Source: Heptranchias perlo
Lineage: Eukaryota
Assembly: GCF_035084215.1 (NCBI RefSeq)
Contig: NW_027139442.1
Location: forward strand, 2,294,001-2,358,000
Reading direction: 5' to 3'
DNA length: 64,000 nt
Under the pieces are notes generated by a model. The model saw only the letters and a program-made list of their open reading frames with translations. It was not told the origin of the DNA and did not search any database. The position numbers were made by a program, and so were the translations under genes. Positions 1-12,965 of this stretch are shown here, one piece after another; position 1 is the stretch's first letter; every line of letters begins with the position of its first letter.

Positions 1-110
1 TGAGGATCAATGATAAACTAACAGAGAATTACTGTATCTTCTGATTGTGAGGATCAGTGACAGAGTAATACAGAATCCCTGTATCATCTGGTTGTGAGGA
101 TCAATGATAA
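1..110. repeat. ~47-bp tandem repeat, end of an array running off the window edge
   Basis: TGAGGATCA(A/G)TGA recurs at 1, 48 and 95 with similar intervening sequence. Confidence 0.75.
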
Positions 111-429
111 GGGGTCATCAATTTCAGCTCATCATGAAAGAGTTTACGTGTAAATTGTTCACGCTGAGATTTTTTTGGAGAATGGAACGTTTTACCACAG
201 GGAATGGAAAAAACAGAAAAGTGGCAATTGCAACTTTTACCATTGTATCATTTATGAGAAAATTGAATACATGTTTCAAATTGATGAAGAGACAGGGCAT
301 TTGGAGGAATATTAACCATGATATACGTTTTGAATTGCTTTAACCATGAACTGGCACTGATACGATCGGTCAAATGGCCTCCCCTTCTTCTCCAAACCAC
401 TATACTTCATGTTTCTCCTAGATTGATAT

Positions 430-1310
430 TTATGATGTGCTTGGATGATCCTGCTTGAATGTGTTGCCCAATATCTAACAAAATGATTGTGTAACGTACG
501 GCTGTAACAATAATTCCCCATATAATCTGAACTGGATATTCATGTTTCTGCACTGCCCAATATCTAACACTTTGATAATGTAACCCAGGGATGTTGCAAT
601 AGTTCCCCTTATAATCTGAACTGGATATTCGCTTCTGCGTTGTCACATCTCTAATAACACGACAGTGAAAACAATGGATGTAACGATAGTTCCCCGTTAT
701 TTTCTGAACTGGATATTCATGTGCCTGAAACCCCCAATATCTATCAATATGATAGTGTAGCCCATTGATGTAACAAAAGTTGCCGTAATAATCTGAACGT
801 GATATTCCTGTTGCTGTACTTCCCCATGTCTAACAATACGAGAGAGTAACTCGGGGGTATAACAATAGTTCCCCCTGTAATATGAGCTGGATATTCCTGT
901 TTCTGCATTGCCCAATATCTAACAATATGACAGTGTAACCCAGGGGTATAACAATAGTTCCCCTTATCATTTGAACGGGATATTCGTGTTTCTGCATTGC
1001 TCAATATCTAACAATGCTACAGTGTCACCCAGGGATGTAACAACAGTTCCTCCTTATAATCTGAACAGGATAATCGTGTTTTTGCACCGTCCAATTTCTA
1101 ACATTACGACGTTGTAACGCAAGGATGTATCACCTGATTCCGTTTTAAATTTAACTGAACATTTGTGTTTCTGAACTGCCACGTAATTAATAATAACACA
1201 GTATAACCCAGGGATGTGACAATAATTCCCCATATAATCTGAACTGGATATTCGTGTTCTGCACTGCCCAATATCTAACTATACGATCGTGTAACCCATG
1301 AATCTAACAG
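430..1310. repeat. 89-bp diverged tandem repeat, ~10 copies
   Basis: CCCAATATCTAACA-like anchor at 467, 556, ~733, 822, 911, 1000, 1267, each with ATAATCTGAACTGGATATTC-like sequence. Confidence 0.9.
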
Positions 1311-1544
1311 TCGTCACCCATGGGATTAAAGGGACAGTGGCAGCGTGTTTTAAAAACTTCCCATTTATATTCGACATCGGTTTCATCACCACCCATAGTT
1401 TTAAACAATTAACCTGTTCCAAATCTTTTGTTATTTTAGTGAAGTTTGCCATAATGAAATCTGGAATGAGTTGTGAATTTTCAGTACTTTGGCTCTATCA
1501 TCCAATTGGAACCATTTAATATTGAGGTCACTGTTTCTCAGGTT

Positions 1545-1800
1545 TCTTTTTATTCGTTCGTGGGATGTGGGCGTCACTGGCAAGGCCAGTATTTATTGCC
1601 CATTCCTAATTGATCTTGAGAAGGTGGTGGTGAACCATCTTCTGGAACCGCTGCAGTCCATGTGGTGAAAGTTCTCCCACAGTGATATTAGTTGGGGAAT
1701 TCCAGGATTTTGACACAGCAACGATGAAGGAACGGCGATGTATTTCCAAGTCGGGATGGTGTGTGACTTGTAGGGGAACGTGCAGGTGGTGTTATCCTTC
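1545..1800 (-). mobile_element. 3' fragment of LINE family A (CR1/L2/jockey-group non-LTR retrotransposon)
   Basis: Same 3' terminus as 2905-3170 (GGGATGTGGGCGTC...ATTTATTGCCCAT...GAGAAGGTGGTGGTGA). Confidence 0.85.
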
Positions 1801-1924
1801 TGGGTGGGAGAGATCGCGGGCCAACCGCTCTGGTAGAATTTGAACTTACGATTCACGAATTGTTAGTCCAGGCCTTTGGATTACCAGTTCAGTAACATAA
1901 CCACTATGCTAACGTACACACGTA

Positions 1925-2900
1925 TATCTGTGTTGGAACTGTCTGGATCAATATGTGAGCTGTCCGAACCTGCGTAGTTGCTGTCTATGTCTAGGTAGGA
2001 CCAGTCTGGGTCTATGTAGGTGCACCCTGGACCTGTGTTGGTCTCGTTAGGAGCTCTCTGTGTCTGTGTGGGCGATCCATAGTTCTGTGCAGGAACTGTC
2101 TGGGCCTGTGTAGGAGCTGTCTGTGTCTGCGTAGGAGCTCAATCTGTGTGTGTGTACGACCTGTCTCGGTTTGTGTCGGAGTTCCCACGGTCTGTGTAAG
2201 GGCTGTTCGGACCTGGATAGGAGTTGTCTCCCTGGGTTGGTTCTATCTGCGTCTGTGCAGGAACTCTTTTCATCTGTATGTGTCTGGGTAGGTGCTTTCT
2301 GGGTCTTGGTTGGTGCCACGTAGACCTGTGTAGGATCTGTGTTGGTCGAGTTCGGAGCTTTCTAGATCTGTGTGGGAGCTCCATCGTTCTGTGCAGGAGC
2401 TGTCTGGGACTGTGTGGGTGTTCCTTAGATCTGTGCAGGAGCAGTCCAGGTCGGTGTAGGTGCTGAATGGGTCTTTGTGGGATTTGACGAGGTCTGGCGA
2501 GGAGCAGCCTGGGTCTGTATAGCCGCTCAATGGCCTATGTACGAACTGTCCTGGTTAGTGTCGGAGCTATCTGGGTCTAATTAGGATCTGTCTGGTTCTG
2601 TGCAAGAACTGCCTGCGTCCGTGTAGCAGCTCTCTGGTTCATGTCAGGAGTTGTCTGGGTTTGTGTAGCTGCTGTCTGGGTCTGTGCAGGAGAGGTAATG
2701 GTCCATGTAGGAGCTGTCTGGTTCTTTTCAGGAGATGTCTGGGTCTTAGCAGGAGCTGCCTGGGTCTGTGTAGGATCCGTCTGGTTCTGCGTATGGACCG
2801 TCTGAATCTGTGTAGGAGCTGTCCGTTTCTTTGTAGGAGCTTTCTCGGTCTGCATTGGAACTGTATGGGAATGTGTGGGAGCTCGATAGTTCTGTGTATA
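1925..2900. repeat. Degenerate 21-bp minisatellite (GGAGCTGTCTGGGTCTGTGTA-like)
   Basis: Unit visible throughout; minus-strand ORFs show 7-aa periodicity (TQTAPTQ). Confidence 0.85.
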
Positions 2901-2904
2901 GGCA

Positions 2905-4945
2905 TTTTTTGGACACGTTCATGGGATGTGGGCGTCGCTGGCGAGGCCAGAATTTATTGCCCATCCCTAATTGCCCTTGAGAAGGTGGTGGTGAGCCGCC
3001 TTCTTGAATCGCCGCAGTCCGTGTGGTGAAGGTTATCCCACAGTGCTGTTAGGAAGGGAGTTTCAGGACTTTGACCCAGAGACGATGATGGAACGGCGAT
3101 ATAATTCCAAGTCGGGATGGTGTGTGACTTGGAGGGGAACGTGCAGGTGTTGTTGTTCTCATATGCCTGCTGCCCTTGTCCTTCTAGGTGGTAGAGGTCG
3201 AGGGTTTGGGAGGTGCTGTCGAAGAAGCCTTGGCGAGTTGCTGCAGTGCATCCTGTGGATGGTGCACACTGCAGCCACAGTGCGCCGGTGGTGAAGGGAG
3301 TGAATGTTTAGGGTGGTGGATGGGGTGCCAATCAAGCGGGCTGCTTTGTCCTGTATGGTGTCGAGCTTCTTGAGTGTTGTTGGACCTGCACTCATCCAGG
3401 CAAGTGGAGAGTATTCCATCACACTCCTGACTTGTGCCTTGTAGATGGTGGAAAGGCTTTGGGGAGTCAGGAGGTGAGTCACTCGTCGCAGAATACCCAG
3501 CCTCTGACCTGCTCTTGTCACCACAGTATTTATGTGGCTGGTTCAGTTAAGTTTCTGGTCAATGGTGACCCCCAGGATGTTGATGGTGGGGGATTCGGCG
3601 ATGGTAATGCCGTTGACTGTCAAGGGGAGGTGGTTAGACTCTCTCTTGTTGGAGATGGTAATTGCCTGGCACTTGTCTGGCGCGAATGTTACTTGCCACT
3701 TATCAGCCCAAGCCTGGATGTTGTCCAGGCCGTGCTGCATCCGGGCACGGAGTGCTTCATTATGTGAGGGGTTGTGAATGGAACTGAACACTGTGCAGTC
3801 ATCAGCGAACATCCCCATTTCTGACCTTACGGTGGAGAGAAAGCCGTTGATGAACTAGCTGACGATGGTTGGGCCTAGGACACTGCCCTGAGCAACTCCT
3901 GCAACAATATCCTGGGGCTGAGATGATTGGCCTCCAAAAACAACTACCATCTTCCGTTATGCTAGGTATGACACCAGCCACTGGAGAGTTTTCCCCCTGA
4001 TTCCCATTGACTTCAATTTTACTAGGGCTCCTTGGTGCCACACTCGGTCAAATGCTGCCTTGATGTCAAGGGCAGTCACTCTCACCTCACCTCTGGAATT
4101 CAGCTCTTTTGTCCATGTTTGGAACAAGGCTGTAATGAGTCTGGAGCCGAGTGGTCCTGGCGGAACCCAAACTTAGCTTTGGTGAGCAGGTTATTGGTGA
4201 GTAAGTGCCGCTTGATAGCACTGTCGATGAAACCTTCCTTCACTTTGCTGATGATTCAGAGTAGACTGATGGGGCGGTAATTGGCCGGATTGGATTTGCC
4301 CTGCTTTTTGTGTACACGACATATCTGGGCAATTTTCCACATTGTCGGGTAGATGCCAGTGTTTTAACTGTGCTGGAGCAGTTTGGCGAGAGGCGCGGCT
4401 AGTTCAGGAGCACAAATCTTCAGCACTGCAGCCGAGATGTTGTCGGGGCCATTAGCCTTTGTTGTATCCAGTGCACCCAGCCGTTTCTTGATATCGCGTG
4501 GAGTGAATCGAATTGGCTGAAGACTGGCTTCTGTGATGGTGGGGATATCGGGAGGAGGCCGAAATGGATCATCCACTTGGCACTTCTGGCTGAAGATGGA
4601 TGCAAATGCTTCAGCCTTGTCTTTTGCACTCACGCACTGGATTCTGCCATCATTGAGGATGGGGTCGTTTACTGAGCCTCCTCCTCCCTTTAGTTGTTTA
4701 ATTGTCCACCATCGTTCGCGACTGGATGTGGCAGGACTGCAGAGTTTTGATTTGATCCGTTGTTTGTGGAATCGCTTAGCTCTACCTGTAGCAAGTTGCT
4801 TCCGCTGTTTAATCATGCATGTAGTCCTGAGTTGTCGCTTCACCAGTTTGCAATTCATATTTAGGATCGTCTGGTGCTGCTCCTGGCATGCTCTTCGACA
4901 CTCCTCATTGAACCAGGGTTGATCCCCGGCTTGTTGGTAATGGTA
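2905..4945 (-). mobile_element. 5'-truncated LINE family A, decayed ORF2 reverse transcriptase
   Basis: Frameshifted RT pieces: KANGPDNISAAVLKICAPELAAPL (4364-4858), MFADDCTVF...WADKWQVTF (3543-3818), IYKAQVRSVMEY (3159-3524); T-rich tail at 2905. Confidence 0.92.
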
Positions 4946-4961
4946 GTGAGGAATTCCTTAC

Positions 4962-5465
4962 CTGACCTGAGTCGTGCTTTTTGCATCGGCTGGAGTTGGG
5001 GTCTCGGCCCCTCGGCCCCGGTTCGCGGTCCTTACATCCAAGGGTCGCGGTCTCTCCGTCCCGGGTCGCGGTCCCTCCGTCCAGGGGTCGAGGTTTCTCT
5101 GTCTCGTCTCGCGGTCCCTCCGTCCCGGAGTCGCGGGCTCTCCTTCCCGGGCGTCGCGGTCCTTCGTCCTGGGGTTGCAGCCCCATTCATGCCGCTCGGG
5201 CCTGGAGTCGGAGGAGCTGCAGCTCGGGCAGCTCTCACCGCGCCATTCCAAGGCCCTAGGCCCAGGCCACTCTTGGGTGCGGGCCCTCCCTCTGTCACCC
5301 TCTCGCCCGCCCATCGGAGCGTCCTCCCGGCGCCGGCGTGTTACTGAGGGAAGGCGGCACAGCGATTGTGCGGCAAATGCGCGGCGTCCCTCGGGCCAGG
5401 GATGCACGTACGCGTCATGACTTCAGCGCGCAAAAGGGAACGACGCTGCCGCGTGTCACTTGATG
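4962..5465 (-). pseudogene. CpG island: decayed promoter and putative first exon; inverted paralog of 12835-13070
   Basis: Very GC/CpG-rich; minus-strand donor CAG/GTAAG at 4962/4961; short internal GACCGCGACCC-type repeats; 5268-5465 is reverse-complement similar to 12835-13068. Confidence 0.55.
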
Positions 5466-6129
5466 GGAGGAGTCAGCCCAGGAGGGTGGGGTGGGGGGGG
5501 GGGCGTTGGGATGTGAGAGCTGTCAATCAAAGGGCTCTGAGTCAGCACTCACTGCGCTCAGGGTTTGGAGAATTTGTTCAAAAATTCAAAATCTGCAAGA
5601 ATGAAATAAAAGTAGAAATTTACAGAAAAAGGGAAAAATTGTAAATACAATAATCTGAATTAAAACTGGAAATTTCCAAACTCACATATGGCTGATGGTC
5701 TGTGTCCTCCTGCCACTATAGTCTTCTCTACCTGGGGCACAGGATGAGCTGAGTGCTTGAATGTAACTATTTTAATGCAGAGGGCGCTGGATGTATGGAA
5801 TGGACCAGCGAGGGAGGCAGTGGGGCCTGATTGTATCAGCAAATTCCAGAGAGTCGGCGAAGTACCTGATCGTGGTAACTTGGGATATGGCAGACCAGAA
5901 ATTGGGATCAATAAAATTATTTTTGGACATGTGCATTAGCTTTTCGTGGTCAGTGTACCTAGACACCAAACCCCTTTGCTCATCTACAGTCCCTACTTTC
6001 TCACCATTTGGAAAATACTGCTATTTCTCACCTTGTGCCTGCAATAGATGCTCTTTGTTCCACCCACATCTTTACTGTCCGGCTCTGTGTCCACTCTTCA
6101 CTGTCCAATAAAAATAAACACGGTGAGAC

Positions 6130-6600
6130 TGGATTTTTTTTTTATATTTCAAAATATAGTTTATTTCAAAGAATTTATGCATTCACACAGTTCAATGTAC
6201 ATTTCACAGTTACAGATCAAATTAATACAATACAGATCGTACACACTACGACTCCATTATTACAATTCAAAACAGAGTAAATATCTTCTAATACCTGCTG
6301 GACAATACAAGGTGAAATGGCCTTACACGGTGGCCTTTCCCCATAGATCCTTTCCGTAGACCGCACCTCCCTTCAGTGTGCCCGTCAGTCCGTGCTCCTG
6401 GACCTTGGAGTGTGCCAGTTGGCAACACTCAGTCATGGACAGCTACTTCAGCTGGAAGACCAGCAGGTATCGGGTGGACCAAAGGGCTTCCTTCACCCAG
6501 TTGATGGTCTTCCAGCAGCAGTTGATAACCGTCTCGGTGTGCATCCCGGGGAACTGCATGTGGAGCACAGCGTCCTGTGTTGCCGAGCTGTTGGGAGTGA
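6130..6600 (-). mobile_element. 3' end of a Tx1/L1-like non-LTR element
   Basis: Minus-strand relic CWKTINWVKEALWSTRYLLVFQ...ECCQLAHSKVQE...LWGKATV then an AT-rich 3' UTR and A-tail at ~6134; family assigned from recall. Confidence 0.55.
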
Positions 6601-7643
6601 AAAACTCTTTGCCTCCACGGTATAGGGGTCCTGTAATATTGAAGGTAGGTTATCACCTTTTAACTAAATACGCGGATGCATTCGCACACATCCATGTAAG
6701 TGTTTGGCAAACACTGTCTGATGTCTTTCACACACAAGTAGAATCTTGGGGTCAGAGACAGAGGGATAAATTCACCTTCACTGCTTCCGCGGTACACGGA
6801 CGGAGCAGAAATTAAAATCGGTCCGGTTCTATAAGGGGCGGGTGATCCGCTCGACCAGTTCAGCCCTCAGCGATGGTGAAAATTTCCCTCCAAGTGTTGT
6901 GAACAGATGAATTTTGAGACAATGGACCAGCTTGTGGGCTTCGATGACTGATACTAGGGCGTAGCTCATGAAAGGTGTGGCCGATTTTAAGTATCCCCTC
7001 CTGTCGGAAATGGGGTGGTTGAGGCGATTAAATGGTGTCAGGTCACTTACCGCTCCTTTAACGCTGACGTTCCTCCCTCCGCAATGGTGTGGGGTGTCCT
7101 GAGAAGATTAGCGGAGCAACACCTATCTGTTTCCGGTCAGGCCACGTGTAATATATAAATCAGAGCATAATGACGTAAGTGGAACACAATTTAATGTTGG
7201 GCACAAATGGATGGAGGAGCGGCAGTTTCGATGGGCATCGAATGATCCAGAACACTGAGAAGTTTCCTTTTCAACTTATATTTTGTGGGCAAGGAGGGGC
7301 AGAAGATCTTTCCCTTGGCCTGCTGCGGCCGTGAGAAATCTCCCGGCCCCTGATCGTCTCTGAAATGTATCAGGGGGTTTCCTCATCGATCTGTGTAACC
7401 AGGACCAGCTTCATGTCCCATTAAACACCCTGCAGTGAGCAAACATTGCTGCACAGCAGCTCAGAGATGAAACAAGCTCCAGAACTCCCCACTGGAGATG
7501 GAAATTACATTAATATTATACCAGTTAGTAACGGTCCGGGTGTTGGTCAATCACTATTCTGTTCTGGTCAAAACAAATGTCCCAATGAACAGGACGCTGT
7601 TTGACCCTGACAGCTCACCCTCAGTCCAACCCACCGCGCAGTG

Positions 7644-8262
7644 CTCGTTTTCTTTATTCGTTTATGGGATGTCGGCGTCGCTGGCAACTTCAGCCTTTAT
7701 TGCCCATCATCAATTGCCCTTGAGAAGGTGGTGGTGATCCGCCTTCTTGAACCGCTGCAGTCCGTGTGGTGACGGTTCTCCCACAGTGCTGTTAGGAAGG
7801 GAGTTCCAGGATTTTGACCCAGCGACGATGAAGGAAAGGCGATGTATTTCCAAGTCGGGAAGGTGTGAGACTTGGAGGGGAACGTGCAGGTGGTGTTGTT
7901 CTCATGTGACCGGCTGCCCTTGTCCTTCTAGGTGGTAGAGATCGCGGGTTTGGGAGGTGCTGTCGAAGAAGCCTTGGCGAGTTGCTGCAGTGCATCCTGT
8001 GGATGGTACACTCTGCAGCCACTGTGCACCAGTGGTGAAGGGAGTGAATGTTTAGGATGCGGAATGGGTTGCCAATCAAGCGGGAGGCTTTGTCCTGGAT
8101 GGTGTTCAGGTTCTTGGGTGCACTCATCTCGGCAAGTGGAGAGCATGCAAAAACTTCAGCCTTGCCTCTTGCATTCACGTCCTGGTCTCTGCCATCATTG
8201 AGGATGGGGTTTTTTACAAAGCCTTCCACTCCCATTAGTTGTTTAATTGTCCACCACCATTT
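7644..8262 (-). mobile_element. Internally deleted LINE family A copy, present only in the left arm of the inverted duplication
   Basis: 7650-8143 matches 2905-3412 and joins directly to sequence matching ~4600-4712; the right arm is uninterrupted at ~10670-10682. Confidence 0.88.
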
Positions 8263-8645
8263 CGTGTGATGGGAAATAATCATCAATCGAAAAAGAGGAT
8301 TTGAGTTTATTCATTTCAGAATTAAACATTTAATATTGAAATCATATTATTTCCAGACTAATAACAGCAAACAATTTCATGTTAGAATCACATCTTGTAT
8401 CATTTCACAACGCCGCATTTATTGTCTAAAATATAATTCCTTTCTGGAATTTCGAAATTTATTTAAATTATTGGATTGATATCAGTTACTTTCGTGAACT
8501 CATTGATGTCAATGGATGGTAAAATCAGGCGCGGTGAATAACGGGCGACGGATCCGCTGCCGCCCGTCTCACACCACCACCAAACCTGAAAATCTACTCT
8601 CATTGACATTTTATTTAATTTAGGATGAAAACTCTTCAGTTGTTT

Positions 8646-9535
8646 CTAAAATTTAATTAATGTAACAATTAGATTCATTGGGTATTTCACCGCGTTCTTC
8701 AGCTCGTCTCTGAATTTAGTCTGGGTCACAGCATAAATACACGTGTTGGTGCAGGAACTGAGAAGTTGAAGCATGAATCCGGCTGACTCGATATCACTGA
8801 CCGTATAGAACTGGACATTTGTAATACGCAGATATATAAAATAAAAAAGGAATGTGCTTCATAACAATATAAAACTGCCTGATATACTGAAGAGTAAAAT
8901 GATGGATTTCCTTCGGTTCTCCATCTCTGGATCCTTGTGATTCTCTCCATTGCTGCGGCACCGGAGTCCCCTGCGGACTCCACTGGCCGCTAAAATGTTC
9001 CTGGCGGTGAGAACTTTGAACAGCAAAATCAGAATGAATGGGAGACAAGGTATGAACACAAGATTAAACGAGTCAAACGCTGCCCATGAGGGTGAAGTGA
9101 TGAAGGTCGGTTTCAAGACACAACCCCGGGGTACATTGTCCATTATATATTCCGGGTCAAATGCAAAGTACCAGGGAATGTTTAGTAAACAGCTCAGCGC
9201 ACTCACCACCCCGATAACAGCAGCCGCCGTTTTCTCGGTGCAATATTTTGTTTTCAGCTTCTGACAACCAATGGCCACAAATCGATCAAAGGTGAAAATC
9301 ACCGTGAACCAGACAGAGGCCGATGTGGCTGCTAATCTCAGGATGTCAATGAGACGGCACACGGGGGTAATGGTCAAGAAAGAAACTGGGAAATATATAA
9401 CAACAATGCGCCACATTATGACATCGGTGATAACGACCAGGAGATCGGCCGCCGCCATTCCCACCAGGGAGCGACTGATACATTTGGAGAGTCCGCACTT
9501 TCCTCGGGACAGGATCACAATCGCCACCAAGTTAA
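8646..9535 (-). pseudogene. GPR139/GPR142-like class A GPCR main coding exon with a nonsense codon in TM6
   Basis: Acceptor TTACAG before 9535; NLVAIVILSRGKCGLS, MAAADLL, FTFDRFVAI motifs; TGA at 8859-8861; the same frame continues to MLQLLSSCTNTCIYAVTQTKFRDEL...F* (TAG 8646-8648). Confidence 0.9.
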
Positions 9536-10280
9536 CTGTAAGAGAGAGAAACGGAAGCAGAGAAATTACTGATCAGACCTGGGCAAAGGAGCAGTTTGAC
9601 AGGATGTGAGGTGTATTTATCAGCTTTATTGCTGCATCAAACATGGAAGCTGATTCACTGACCTGGGCAGCGCTTTCGAACAGAGACGTGTTTTAGAACA
9701 CAGTTATCAATAATGAATTGAGAAATTGATACAGAGAGTTTGTACTGTATCCAATGGAAGGGCCGAGTGAGGGCGCATTGCCGGTGGGGAAGTGAGAAGT
9801 GTTTTACTGAGCTGGAAGCCAACGGGTTAAATCCACATTTGGGCACCAGATGGACGGGAAAGTGAGCGAGGTCCGGGAGGGTGAGGAGACAGACGGAGGT
9901 GACCCTGGTTTGTTGATCGAAGTTAAGAGAGCCGACAGGGACTGACATAAGACGGGAAAGACCGAGATCCGCGGCGGTGAGTTTGAGGTTTCGGATCTGA
10001 TTGGAAGAGGCAGCTGGCGGCTGAGCCAGTGAGTGAGATTGGGAGCGAGACAAACAAAAGGACATGTCGGAGTTGGATGGGAGTGAGGAACGAATGGTTT
10101 TGGAAAGCGGATAAAATGAAGCAATCAATTATTGAAAAGTGGATTCGATGCAGTGGGAGGAGAGGCTGGGATTCAAAGGGAGAGACGACAGCAAAGTGTG
10201 AGATGAAATCTAATCTATAGGTCCCAGTAACATAACGCAATTAATGAATTCAACCTTTAATTTCTGTGGTTATTAGTGTC

Positions 10281-10421
10281 AGTATATCAGGCAGTTTTAT
10301 ATTGTTATGGAGCACAGACGTTTTTTATGTTATCTCTCTGCATACAACAAACGCACAGTATTATACGGTCAGTGACATTGAGTCAGCCGGATTCATGCTT
10401 CAACTTCTCAGTTCCTGCACC
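10281..10421 (+). pseudogene. GPCR TM6-TM7 fragment (duplicated piece of 8748-8888)
   Basis: Translates SISGSFILLWSTDVFYVISLHTTNAQYYTVSDIESAGFMLQLLSSCT; truncated at both ends. Confidence 0.85.
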
Positions 10422-12834
10422 GCCCCTGATTTTACGATCCATTGACATCAATGTGTTCACTAAAGTAACTGATATCAATCCAATAATTCAAATAAATTTG
10501 TAAACACCAGACAGGAATAATATTTTACCCGACAAATGCGGTGTTGTGAAATGATAAAGAAGTGATGTTTTGCTGTTTTAGTTTGGAAATAATATGATTT
10601 CAATTTTAAATGTTTAATCCTGAAATGAATAAAATCAAATCCTCCTTTTCGGTTGATGATTATTTCCCATCACACACACTGCCCGGTGGGATGGACTGAG
10701 GGTGAGCTGTCAGAGTCAGACAGCGTCCTCTTCACTGGGACATTTGTTTTGACCAGAACAGAAGAATAATGGAACAACACCCGGACCGTTGCTAACTGGC
10801 AAAATATTAATGTAATTTCAAACTCCAGTGGGCAGTTCCGGAGATCGTTTCCTCTCTGAGCTCTGTGCAGCAATGTTTACTCACTGCAGGGAGTTTAATG
10901 GGACATGATGCTGGGACTGGTTGCACAGATCTATAAGGAAACCTCCTGATACATTTCTGGGACGATCAGGGGCCGGGAGATTTCTCACAGCCACGGGAAA
11001 GCTCTCCTTCTCCTCCTTGCCCCACAAAACATACTTTAAAAATAAACTTCTCAGTGTTCTGGACCACTCAATACCCATCGAAAGGGCGGCTCCCCCACCC
11101 ATTTTTGCCCAACATTAAATGATTTCCAGTGCACGTCATAAAGCTCTGATTTACATATTACACGTGGTCTGACCGGAAACAGGTGCGTGTTGCTCCGGCC
11201 GCTCTTCTCAGGACCCTCCCCACGATGGTGGAGGCAGGAACCAGAGTGTTAAAGGGGCATTAATTGACCTGACACCATTTACTAGCCTCATCCACCCCAT
11301 TTCCGCCAGGCGATGATGCTTCAAATTGGCCACATCTTCGACGCCCACAAGCTGGTCCGTTGTGCAAACTGCATCAGTTCACAACACGTGGGTGGAAAAT
11401 TTCACCATCGCCGGGGGCTGAACTGGTAGAGCGGATCATCTGCCCCTTATCGAACCGGCCCGATTTTAATTTCTGCTCGTTCAGTTTACTGCCCAAGCAG
11501 AGAAGATGAAATTACCTTCCACGTCTCTGACCCTAAAGTTCGACAGGTGTGTGAACGACATCAGACGGTGTTTGCCAAACACTAACATGAATGTAGGCGA
11601 ATGGACCCGTGTATTCAGGTAAAAGCTGATAACCCCCCTCCATAGAGACAGGACTCCCTATACCATGGAGTCGGAGAGGGGATCAGCCCCCAGCAGCTGT
11701 GGGACACACTGAAGCGAGGTGCGGCTCACACAAAGGCTCTATGGGGAAATGTCACTGTGTAAGGCCATTTCACCTTCTATTGTACATCATGTCTTCTAAA
11801 ATATGTACTGTGTTTTGAATTGTAAAAATGGAATCCGTAGTGCGTACGATTCTTATTGTATTGTTTTGAATTGTAACTGTGATATTTACATTGAACTGTG
11901 TGTGTCCAAAAATTTTATGAAATAAACTATATTTTGAAATACAAAAGAAATTCCAGTCTCGCCGTCTCTGTTGTTATTGGACAGTGAACAGAGTAAATAC
12001 GACCAGACTAAAGATGTGGGGAGTAATACAAGGAGCATCTATAGGGACTGTAGAGGAGCAAAGGGGCTTTGGTGTGTCGGTACACAAATCAGTAAAAGTC
12101 AGTTATTATTGGATGGTGAAGAGTGGAAAGCGAGTGCACATGTACCAAAAATAACATTGAACACCCCAATTTCGAGGCTGTCATATTCCAAGGAACAGAA
12201 ATATATGCTGATAGGGTTAGATGAAGAAGGGTGACAGGAGGTTCATGTAGAGCATAAACACCGGCCTTCCGTACATTCTCTGTAATTCTATTGTTGGTAC
12301 CAAGTGAGAAATAGGAGAATTTTCTTAATGGTGAGAAACTAGGGACTGTAGAGAAGCAAAGGGGCTTAGGTGTCTCGGTACAGCAATCACTAAAAACTAG
12401 TGCACATGTACCAAAAATAATGTTAAATTTCGAGGCTGTCGTATCCCAAGGTATCGCTATTAGGTACTTCGCCATCTTTTTGGAATTTGCTGATACAATC
12501 AGGCCCCACTGCCTCCCTTGCTGCTCCATTCCATCCATTCAGCACCCTCTGCATTAAAAAAGTTACATTCAATCATTCTGCTCATCCGAATCCCCAGGTA
12601 GAGAAGACTTAATATTGGCAGGAGGACCCAGACCATCAGCCTTATGTGAGTTTAGACATTTCCGTTTTGAATTCAGATTATTGTATTTGCAGTTTATTCC
12701 TTTTTTTGTCGATTTCTATATTTATTTCATTCTTGCACATTATGCATTCCAAAGAAATTCTCCAAACCCTGTGCGCAGTAAGTGCGATATGCTGGCCCTT
12801 TGATGAAGAGCTCTCACCTTCTCCGCCCCTCTTC

Positions 12835-12965
12835 CCATCACGTGACAGGCGACAGCGTTTCTCCCCTTTGCGCGCTGACGTCACGGCGCGTACGTGACGC
12901 TACGGTCCGAGGGACGCCGCGCATGCGCCGCGCTTTTTCTGTGCCGCGTTCCCTTAGCAACAGGA
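12835..12965 (+). promoter_or_regulatory. CpG-island promoter with E-box, CRE, NRF1 and RFX X-box motifs
   Basis: TCACGTGAC 12838-12846, TGACGTCA 12876-12883, GCGCATGCGC 12919-12928, GTTCCCTTAGCAAC 12948-12961, inside a CpG island extending to ~13260 (possible donor GTGAGC at 13261). Confidence 0.7.

Larger units (their letters stand above)
5268..8890. repeat. Left arm of inverted segmental duplication 1 (partner 10276-13068)
   Basis: Collinear reverse-complement matches, e.g. 5268-5296 vs 13039-13068, 7540-7640 vs 10680-10790, 8265-8330 vs 10610-10675, 8749-8890 vs 10279-10420. Confidence 0.92.

Noticed and set aside
1925-2900. Mucin-like Thr/Gln/Pro-rich ORFs on the minus strand
   Set aside because: Short, frame-switching ORFs explained by the degenerate 21-bp repeat.
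4874-5420. Several overlapping 90-160 aa ORFs in the CpG island
   Set aside because: Expected from stop-codon scarcity in GC-rich DNA; none gives a recognisable protein or a clean signal peptide.
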